A stretch of 64,000 nt of DNA from NCBI GenBank assembly GCA_043812915.1, contig JBDRLQ010000016.1, positions 36,318 to 100,317 on the forward strand. The letters run 5' to 3'. Below, piece by piece: positions 27,619 to 36,400 of this stretch. Below the pieces are notes generated by a model that saw only the letters and a program-made list of their open reading frames with translations, ran no database searches and was not told the DNA's origin. This DNA comes from Candidatus Micrarchaeota archaeon. GTDB taxonomy: Archaea > Micrarchaeota > Micrarchaeia > Anstonellales > Bilamarchaeaceae. Each line of letters opens with the position of its first letter. The stretch's first letter is position 1. The translations under genes and the position numbers were made by a program.

Positions 27619-28083
27619 ATGAAAAAAATATTGGCAATTTTCGGATTTCTTCTCCTTTCAGGAGTGGGCTTCGCGGCAATCGGCCCGATAATAGTAAGGC
27701 CCCCGGTTCCAACCGACCCTTTCCTGCAGGCCAGGTTCAATAATGCGGATTGTTGGGCTGGCTATGGAATGGACATAATCAGCGATGCGCAGGGCTATTA
27801 TCCAGACCCGCCCCCGGCGCCCGCGTACTTGCAGACGATTAGTGATGAGATATTCGCCCAGAGGGACATCTTGGCCGGTTATCTCGTCGACGAAAATGTC
27901 GTCGCCTTCAATGCGCAGTACCTGGTCGTAATGAGCTATGTGCAGCAGGCCAAGGCGGCTTACAGGACCGAGGCAAGATATGCCATAGGGCAGGGCTGGG
28001 AAGCCCGCGGGGACATAATAACTGATTTTAATGGCCAGAGGAGCAACCTCATCAGCTGCCTTGCTATGCCGGTTCCAGGATAA
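27619..28083 (+). CDS. secreted hypothetical protein
   Basis: Signal peptide MKKILAIFGFLLLSGVGFA; AGGTGA RBS. Confidence 0.75.
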   Translation: MKKILAIFGFLLLSGVGFAAIGPIIVRPPVPTDPFLQARFNNADCWAGYGMDIISDAQGYYPDPPPAPAYLQTISDEIFAQRDILAGYLVDENVVAFNAQYLVVMSYVQQAKAAYRTEARYAIGQGWEARGDIITDFNGQRSNLISCLAMPVPG

Positions 28084-28099
28084 TTTTTTTCCTTTTTTT

Positions 28100-29381
28100 G
28101 GCTCTTCTCCCAAGTTAGGATAAAATGTATGGTGTATTTCATGAAGTTTGGAGACAAACATGAAACACAACCATACGTCTGTAATCAGGAACTTATATGC
28201 TTTTAAGGGCTTCCGAATTTCCCAGGTTTTTCTCACTGAAAAAGAGCTCAGGATTTTCCTGGAAAAAACAGTGAAAACTGGCATCTGTCCGGCTTGTGGA
28301 AAAAGATGCAGGAAGATTGAAGACATGTATGAACGCACGGCCAGAGATCTTGACTGTGTCGGCAGGATTGCTTTCATCACTTTCAAACAATACAAGATCA
28401 GGTGTGGCTGTGGCTACAGAGGAATAGAAGAATTGGGTTTCCTCGATAAATACAGCTTCTGCACGAAAAGACTTGAGGAATATGTCTTTCTCCTCTGCCA
28501 GAAGATGAGCATCAAGGATGCTGCCCAGCTATGCAAGCTGAATTGGAAGACTGTGAAGAACATCGACAAGAAGTATCTACGGCAGCTTGTTACTCCCCTG
28601 TCAGAACTCAGCCCCAAGAGGATTGGTGTTGATGAGATTTCCCATGAGAAAAGACACAAGTACCTGACTGTTGTGAGGGATCTTGATCTGAAGAGAGTAA
28701 TCTGGGTTGGCAAGGGCAGAAGAAAAGAAACCCTGGATGAATTCTTCTCAGAGCTTGGAGAAAAGAAGGCCAGGCGTATTAGGGTAGCTGTGATGGACAT
28801 GCATGATCCCTATATCGCCTCTGTGAGTGAGAACTGTCCTGATGCAGACATTATCTTCGATAAATTCCATATCAGCAAGAAGGTGAACGAAGCCCTGGAC
28901 TCTGTGAGGAAAAAGGAGTTTGGCAGGGCAGATGCCCAAGAGAGGAAAAACATGAAGAGGAAGCGTTTCCTCATCCTGAGCAGGAAGAAACGCCTGGATG
29001 ATGAGCAAAAAGAAACAGTTGAGGACCTCAAGAGGATAAATGCCCGTCTTTATGAGGCATATCTGCTGAAGGAGCAGGTCCTGGACATCTTTGATGAAAA
29101 AAGAAATCATGACTGCATTATCCAGATTTATCAGGTGGTCCACCAACGTAGAAAAATCAGGTTTTGTTGTTTTTCAGAAAGTTGTGAAAACACTCAAGAA
29201 TTATTTTTATGGGATAATGAACTACTTTTACTACAGAATAACCAATGCTGCATCTGAAGGATTCAACAACAAGATAAATGTCATCAAGAGAAGGGCGTAT
29301 GGCTTCAGGGATTTGGAGTACTTCATGCTGAAAATCCTGCAAAGTTGTGGCTTGAGGTCATCCTAAAGTCGGAGAAGAGCC
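28100..29381 (+). mobile_element. ISL3 family insertion sequence (~1282 bp)
   Basis: Terminal inverted repeats GGCTCTTCTCCCAAGTTAGGAT and (reverse complement) GGCTCTTCTCCGACTTTAGGAT, 19/22 match; lower GC than the flanks. Confidence 0.9.
28160..29366 (+). pseudogene. ISL3 transposase, frameshifted in the A-run at 29097-29102
   Basis: CPACG zinc finger, IGVDE, MDM, FDKFH in the first frame; TNAASEGFNNKINVIKRRAYGFR in the +1 frame. Confidence 0.88.
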
Positions 29382-29420
29382 TTTATATTTTTTTGTATCC
29401 AACCCTATTGCTGTGATAAT

Positions 29421-30305
29421 ATGGCAGGCGTAAGTAGGGCAATTCGGCCAATTGATTCTGATTTACAACAGATGCAGCAGTCATTCAACCAGCTCTTTAG
29501 GGCCTTTCATATCCCTCCTGCTGACCGTGCAATTGTTCAGCTTAGGGTAAATCGGTACATCGATGATCTTATTTTCAATGTCGGTTTTGATGGCCGCCTT
29601 GCCCACTTTGATTCTATCCTTCCTTCTGAATTGCAATCATCTTCAGACGGTTTTGCAGATAGGAGGGCTGCACTCTCTTCAGTAGAAATAACTTCTACAA
29701 TTGTCAGTTCTATCGCCCGGGCACATCGGGAAAATCCAGGAGGACGTGACTTCTATTTTGTCTCGGCTCCAACAAGGGATGGCGATGTGACACGTGTTAT
29801 GGATGAATTCGCGGTTCCTGCAAGTGAAAGGGATTCAACACATGTTCTTTTGGAAGAGCTGGAAATCCCAGGCCGCTTTAGGGCTGATATTCTTGCCTGT
29901 GCCTTGATTATTGAGCGGGGGCATTATCCAAGCCCAAGAAATTTCATGGGCAACTTCCCCTCAACATTCCCTGAATCCCGAGACTGGAGCATCAGGGCGG
30001 CTTGGACATATTTTACCCGTCTTGTTAATAGTGCCGAAATAAGTAATGAAAGAATCCCGATACTTGGCGGAGCCACCCTTCGTGATAGGCTGATGCCATC
30101 TTTTAGGGAGGTGTTCAATATCCTTGATTCTCTGGCACAAGGAAACGTATCAAGAGAAGAAGCATATTCTGGGGCTATCGAGGCTCTTCGCAGGTATAAT
30201 AATTATTCAGTATTTCCTGGATTTTTAGGGCATTTCCCCCCGGTGCTTTTAGAAATAGGGACTTCGATTGTCAGGGATTCTGTGCCACGAAGAGTGAATC
30301 CATAA
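29421..30305 (+). CDS. hypothetical protein (lower GC)
   Basis: 294-aa ORF with T-rich codon usage; no recognised motif. Confidence 0.7.
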   Translation: MAGVSRAIRPIDSDLQQMQQSFNQLFRAFHIPPADRAIVQLRVNRYIDDLIFNVGFDGRLAHFDSILPSELQSSSDGFADRRAALSSVEITSTIVSSIARAHRENPGGRDFYFVSAPTRDGDVTRVMDEFAVPASERDSTHVLLEELEIPGRFRADILACALIIERGHYPSPRNFMGNFPSTFPESRDWSIRAAWTYFTRLVNSAEISNERIPILGGATLRDRLMPSFREVFNILDSLAQGNVSREEAYSGAIEALRRYNNYSVFPGFLGHFPPVLLEIGTSIVRDSVPRRVNP

Positions 30306-30331
30306 ATCTAAGAAAAAAGATTTTGAACAGA

Positions 30332-30589
30332 CTATTCTCCGTCAGTCCCCTCATCAACTATGGTCCCTTCCGGAGCTTCAGGTGCATTTCCGGGAGGACA
30401 CAGATATGCATTTCCGCATTCAGGGGCATCGAATTCTCCTGCCTCCTGCAGTCTCCTCCAGGAAGGGCATGCGGCGTTCTCGCATCCGGTAATCCCACCC
30501 ATGCCCATTAAGCCCATGTAGACGCCTATCTGGTTCCATCCAGGGTCATTCTAGTCCTCAAAACTGAGTTTGAAGCGGTCTACATAGTC
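30332..30589 (-). pseudogene. orphan diverged copy of the 3' end of the SLT lipoprotein gene
   Basis: DYVDRFKLSFED*NDPGWNQIGVYMGLMG...GCENAACPSWRRLQEAGEFDAPE aligns with DYVYSCKLNYYDKTDSGYNKLAVYMSLMG...GCENVACPSWRRLQEGGDFDVPE; in-frame TAG at 30551-30553. Confidence 0.85.
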
Positions 30590-30728
30590 TAATTATTAAT
30601 TTCTTCTTATTTTCCTTTTTTGCACGCCGCAAGTGTCTTAGTCGAGCCAGATCAATAAAATGAACAGGCTCATCCATATTCATTTAGATTGGGAATTAAG
30701 AGCCAATGATCAGCTGAATGGCTTACAC

Positions 30729-33443
30729 TCATTCCCCTTCTTCTTCCTCATCATCAAAATCAGGCACAGAGCCCGGTGGCTCGCTCTCGTAGTGGGCGTA
30801 TGGGCTTTCCTCAGGCACATCGAAGTCGCCACCTTCCTGGAGCCTCCTCCAGCTCGGGCACGCGACATTCTCGCAGCCTCCGGCTCCAAGCTCACCCTCG
30901 CTGTTGTATCCCATCAGGCTCATGTATACCGCAAGCTTGTTGTAGCCAGAGTCCGTCTTGTCATAATAGTTGAGCTTGCAGCTGTACACGTAATCTATGA
31001 AGTCCTGGATTCCCCAGCAGTATGGTTGTTCGTCCTTCATGTCGCCCTCAGCGTGGCATGCCGCCAGGTATAACGGGCTGACGCAGTCCGCGTTTGTCCA
31101 GTCCTTCCTCTCCTCGAATTCGGTTATCCAGACCGCTCCCTGGTCGTTCCCCCAGGTTCCGAAATAAATGTGCCCTGCGATGTAGTACTCAAGCACCCTC
31201 TCCTTGTCAGGATTGTCCCTGATTCCGAAGAGGTCTCCATCATCCCCCCGGGTTCTGTACTTGTCAACTACCTGGCCCGCCATTTCCACAGCTCGCGCAA
31301 TGTCATAAGTCCCCATGCAGGCTGAGTCCGCGGGGTCGAAGGGGTTGAAATCATAGCCGCACTGGGTGATTGCCCGATCAGGGTTGTCGGCAGTCCTTCT
31401 GTTCTGGCCAGTTCCGCCATCCCTGGTCTGCACCGCGTCGATGAACTGGTCCTCATACACCCCGCAATCGGATGGCGAGTCCTCGTAGATGCAGAACTCC
31501 TCCCTCGGCCAGAATGTGTAGGGGCTGGTCATGGTCTGCATAAGCCCTGTCGCCATCCATCTCCAAGATGGGGTTTCCCCTGCCGCATCCGGATCGGGCT
31601 GGGGCTCAAGATTGTAATTGCATTCTCCGCTTGGGTCTTCCATGAAATTGTATCCAGCGCTGTATTTTCCGGGAATGCACCTGCTCGGGCAGTCTGTCCC
31701 GCTCCTGCATGAGCAGGCGGCGGCGCACATGTCCATTCCGCCCTCTGCAATCGCGACAGCGCGCGCATATAGCGGATCGATGTTATGCGTGCTTGCCCAG
31801 CTATCTATCATCGGATAGGCCGTGCAGGCAATCTCCATGTCTGTAAGCCCTGGGAAGCGCTCACGCGTTTCGGCAGACACGCTGACTCCCCTTGGCTCTA
31901 TTATCCCTGCATAGGGGAACTCAAGCTGTTCGTTCATGCACGCGTCGCAGCGCACATAGGGCTCCATGGGTTCGAAAAGGTCAGGGGTCATGGGAGAGCC
32001 GAAATCCCGCAGCCCTCCGGCGCCATATTGCATGTGCAGCAGGCTGTCCCACTGCTCGTTGAAGTTGCATCTGCCACCTGTCTGGTTAGGGAAAACAATG
32101 GGTATCCCGGGGGTTGGCGAGAATTCCCCTGCGCAGCAGTCCTGCTCAGGATTGGCCGCGCAGTCGGCGCAGCTTGTCTCCACCCTCATTATGCCTGTGA
32201 ATCCCTGGCACCCTCCGAACCAGCTCTGCATCCGATCGATGTTCTTTCCGATTGAGCAGTCCTCGCAGCTCATCGGATTCCCGCGCATGCCTCCAAGCGT
32301 TGAATTGAAATCATATGGTGAGGCGCCTATTACCCCGGTCTCAAGGAAAGCTGGCAGGTTGGGGAAGAAAGCGTTATAGCCCCGAATCATCTCTGCCTCT
32401 GTCCATTCGCACTCGACTGAGCCATCCTCATTGAGCACCTCTCCGCCCGAGTCGAAGAGCATGTATGGCATTACCGTCGGCTTCTTGAACGTCTGCCAGA
32501 CGAAGGAAGAGAAGTTGTAGGCATCAAGGTACAAGTCGTTGTAATCGCAGGAGTGCGCCCTGTGGCTGTTCATCCCGAAGGCCACAAGGTCGAAGTTCTC
32601 GGACCGCGGATCCTCAAGAGTGGCCTGCACTCCGGTAATATCATCCATCCTGGCTCCGAGGGCCACCATGCAGTACACCTCGCCGTCCCTTCCATTGGGG
32701 CACTGGTCCTTCATGGCCACGGCCTGCTCAAGAACGAGCTCCCTGGTGGCATCGTCCGATAAATCTGCGTCCATCTCTGTTGTGATTATGATTGGCCCGA
32801 CAGGCCCCCAGAGCTGCCCGTGGGTCACCGATGAGCCCCCGTGATACAAGGTATCCGCTATCGCTCCTGCCCTCGTGACATTAGGCGCCCCGCCGCTATA
32901 TAGCACATAGACCGGCATGACCTCCTTGTCAAGAAGGCAGATTGCCCTTGAGGGGTCAACGTCGCTGTACTGGGCGGTCTCCACATCGCCAATCAGCCAC
33001 TGCACGGCCATCTTCAGCTGGTTGTTGCACCAGCGGTTGGCCTCGCCGAAATCAGCGAAGGTGGGCCCGGCGCCAACCATGAAGTGGCGTATCCCCATGT
33101 CGCTGATGCTGCCGTTGGTAAGGTAATTATACCTCTCCTGGCTCGCCTCATACCTCTCAGCAGGATCATCAATATGCGTGGTGCCGGCAAGGTTCTCGAA
33201 CCTGCAGTCGGCGCCGACAAAAGAAGTGAAAACCCCCCAGATGTTGCTGGAGTTCGTGCATACCATCGCCCAGCACTCTACATCGCCGCATATGTCCACC
33301 TCTGCAGGGTCATATAACGGCACTCTCCCATGCTCGGCGAGCCTGTCCGCCCAGTTTTCGCTGTAGTCATTGCCGCCGCTTATCCGGTCGACACAGCCGG
33401 CAGCCAGCAGTATCAGCAGTATTGGCAATATCACTCTTCTCAT
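30729..33443 (-). CDS. Cys-rich lipoprotein with an SLT/lysozyme-like transglycosylase domain (904 aa)
   Basis: Lipobox LAAGC after MRRVILPILL; IDSWASTHNIDPLYARAVAIAEGG (putative catalytic Glu), ATGLMQT, FDPADSACMG. Confidence 0.8.
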   Translation of the reverse strand: MRRVILPILLILLAAGCVDRISGGNDYSENWADRLAEHGRVPLYDPAEVDICGDVECWAMVCTNSSNIWGVFTSFVGADCRFENLAGTTHIDDPAERYEASQERYNYLTNGSISDMGIRHFMVGAGPTFADFGEANRWCNNQLKMAVQWLIGDVETAQYSDVDPSRAICLLDKEVMPVYVLYSGGAPNVTRAGAIADTLYHGGSSVTHGQLWGPVGPIIITTEMDADLSDDATRELVLEQAVAMKDQCPNGRDGEVYCMVALGARMDDITGVQATLEDPRSENFDLVAFGMNSHRAHSCDYNDLYLDAYNFSSFVWQTFKKPTVMPYMLFDSGGEVLNEDGSVECEWTEAEMIRGYNAFFPNLPAFLETGVIGASPYDFNSTLGGMRGNPMSCEDCSIGKNIDRMQSWFGGCQGFTGIMRVETSCADCAANPEQDCCAGEFSPTPGIPIVFPNQTGGRCNFNEQWDSLLHMQYGAGGLRDFGSPMTPDLFEPMEPYVRCDACMNEQLEFPYAGIIEPRGVSVSAETRERFPGLTDMEIACTAYPMIDSWASTHNIDPLYARAVAIAEGGMDMCAAACSCRSGTDCPSRCIPGKYSAGYNFMEDPSGECNYNLEPQPDPDAAGETPSWRWMATGLMQTMTSPYTFWPREEFCIYEDSPSDCGVYEDQFIDAVQTRDGGTGQNRRTADNPDRAITQCGYDFNPFDPADSACMGTYDIARAVEMAGQVVDKYRTRGDDGDLFGIRDNPDKERVLEYYIAGHIYFGTWGNDQGAVWITEFEERKDWTNADCVSPLYLAACHAEGDMKDEQPYCWGIQDFIDYVYSCKLNYYDKTDSGYNKLAVYMSLMGYNSEGELGAGGCENVACPSWRRLQEGGDFDVPEESPYAHYESEPPGSVPDFDDEEEEGE

Positions 33444-33495
33444 GAGAGAAACCTCTAATAGATAAGAAAAAGGAACAAAAAAGAATAAAAAGAAG

Positions 33496-36400
33496 CTAGT
33501 AGAGCCTGGACCTGCAGCTCGCGTTCGAACAGGTGGCTCCGCGATAGCCCGCGCGGCCACAGTTGGCGCAGTAGCAGACGCTGGACATTCTCCAGGGCCT
33601 CATCGCACGCCCTAGGGCGGCGCCTGTCCTGTCCGCAGTGTCTGCGAGCCTGTTCATATAGCCTCCGCCCCTGTGCCCGTTCTTCACGAAGTCCACAAGG
33701 CTGGTGGTTATATTCCTGAGGCCGAACGATCCGGTTCCGGGCGCTGGCATGTGCCACATGAAGAGCAGCGGGTTGGCCCATCCGAACATCGAGTTCTGGG
33801 ATACGCCGAACCCTCTCATCTCCTGCCCTCTCCTTATCTGGAGGGCTTCTGCGGATATGGTCCTCCTGTGGTGCGTGTCAAGCGCGGAATCGTGTATCTC
33901 CTTTTCGAAGAGTACGGACGCATCACCGCTCCTGAGCATGTTCGCCGCCATGGTCGGGTCCAGCCTCAGGTTCGCCCTGTAGCTGTATGCGCTCAGCCCC
34001 GGGTTGGCAGCTCCTATTCTGACGTCGGAGTACACACCCTCGTTCTGCAGCCACATGTCCTGCGCCGCTGCCCCAAGGCCTCCCCTGAAGTCGTTGCCCG
34101 CAAGCTGCCTCGCTTCAAGGCTGCTCTGGAACACGTTGGACTTGTTGAGCGCCTGGGCAAGCCTGCCCCTGCCTATGCTCGCGCTGAACGGGTTCAGCGA
34201 CTGCAGCGCTTCCAGCACCCTCGGCTGGGTGAAGTTGTACTGCCTGAGCGGGTCGTTCACAGAGTCGAACTTGGAAGCGTATCCCTGCATGGACATCTGC
34301 ATTCCTCTGAACATGTTCGTGTAGGGCGCCATCATCCTCCTCGCGACCGATATCACGGCACCTGAGTGGGCCATGAAGTTCATATATTCGCTCTTGGTCA
34401 TGTACGACTGCAGGTTGTTCGAAAGCGAGTAGGTGTCCTGAGGCCCGAAGTGGAACTTGGCTGCCCATGCCTGGTGGGTTCCGAATGAACTGGAAGCCAG
34501 CCACGGGTTCCTGTCTATCGCGAATGCCCACACCTGGTCGAACCTGCCCTGGTCTATTGCCAGCCTGCGGTATGCCTTCTGCTCCTGGGCGCTGAGCCCG
34601 AGCTGGTTAAGGTCTGCTGACATTATCCTCTGGGCGTTCCTCCATGATGCCTGCCTGTAGAACTCCGAGTAAGGAGTTATCTCCCAGGAAGCCTTGTGGA
34701 GCTCACCACCAGCGGAAAGTGCGACACGCGACACATAGTCCCCGACATGGAGTGCCATGTCCCTGAACGGCTTTATCGCCTTCATCAGGCCTGGAGCCTC
34801 CCAGTTGAACATGCGGAATATGCTCGGGGCAAGGGGCATAACCTCCCTCTTGGCCATCACCTTCACGTCGCTATTGTTCCAGAACTTTCCGTAGTCATAG
34901 GTCTGGTTGCCGTACCTCCATGTGACAGCTCCCAATATCTTCTGCTTCTCATAGCTGTATCCGCCGTCCTTGGCCCATGCGGTGACCTCGTTCATGAATG
35001 CGTTCCATTCATGTGTGGTCCTCTTGCTCTGGAGGTCCTGCCACCTTCTCTCAAGGTCGCTCCTTCCGCCGAAGTGTATGTTTACATCATCCGGATTGAA
35101 GAGCATGTGGGACTTCGTCTCCCTGTTGTAGAGCGACACTTCTCCTGCGAGCATCCTGTCCTTGTCACCTACTGGCATGGCATGCCTGTAGGGGCAGTAT
35201 CCTCCGTCAGACATAAGCACCCACGGCTGCTTGAATCCAGCCAGGTCGTCATATGTTATCTTGCTGCCGAGCACCTTCTTCAAGTCATCCTGGTGCTCCA
35301 TCGCAAGGGTCCTGAACTTCTTTAAGTCCTCTGGATTCTGCATCTTCATGGTCTCAAGGAACCTGAGGTCAGCGTGGTTGCCCGGCATGCCCTTGTTCTC
35401 CTTCAGGGCCTTTTCCATGAACGCTGCGAGCACGTTGTTGTAGAAGCCCGTAGTCTCATGCATCTGTCCCCCATAGGCGTGGTTGCAGAATGTGGAGTTC
35501 GCCCTGTTCCGCATATCCTTCTCTATGTAATCTGACACCCACATCTGCTGGGCCTTGGTCCTCCTCTGGTCGACAGACCAGCTTGTGGAGCCGACTGCCC
35601 GGTCAAGCCTTGCTTCAACAGACGGATCGAGCGCTGTCACGTATCCACCGCCGAACCTGCGGTTTATCCACGGCGCCATTGCTATATTCTCTGAAGTGTC
35701 TATGTGCGAGAGCCAGTGCGTCTTCATGTCTGTCTTGAACGCCCCTGTCGGAGGCGCTAGCTCGAAGGCTCCCTGGTGCCACACCCTCCTTCCATCAGGG
35801 GTCATTCCGCTCTTGGGTATTGCCCCGCCGAACGTGAAGTCCACCATCTCGGCTATCGCGGCTTGGCTGACACTCTTGCCCTTCACCTTCTGGAACATCT
35901 CCCTGCCCTCGGCGGTGAACATATCGGCGAAGTAGCCTCTGGCCCTGTCTCGTATCTTGCCAAGCTGGACCTCGTTCCTCATGTATTCCGGAAGCTCATG
36001 CATGTTGCTTGCCGGATTGAGGGTAACCATCCTGTTGACGGCCTTTAGCCACTCGGACTGGAGCGCTTCCTTTATGCCCGCGCCGTATACGTGGCCTTCC
36101 TCATTCGCATATACCATTGAGCGGAACACCGACATGTTCCATATCTCCTGGGCGGTCATGTGCTCCCTGCCCACGAATGAATGGAACGCGTTGGGGCTGC
36201 TCGCGCTTCCCGGCGGGAAGTCGTTGTGGTGCTGCTCTATCACCTGCTGGAGAGCGAGCATCTTGGCGAATTCAGGCATCTTGGACGCTTCCACAGCTTC
36301 AACACTGCGCTGGAACTGCAGCATGCCCGAGAACTCGCTCCTGGCTATGCCCTGCCTCTCGGCAAGATTCAAGAGCTGGCCGAGCTTCTGCTCCCCGCTG

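Noticed and set aside
29096-29103. AAAAAAG slippery-like run at the transposase frameshift, as a programmed -1 frameshift
   Set aside because: The downstream frame needs +1, and the heptamer is not phased with the upstream ORF; a 1-nt insertion or sequencing error is more likely
30332-31000. Duplicated 3' end as a DGR template/variable repeat pair
   Set aside because: Differences are not adenine-specific, include indels and many synonymous changes, and no reverse transcriptase is in the window
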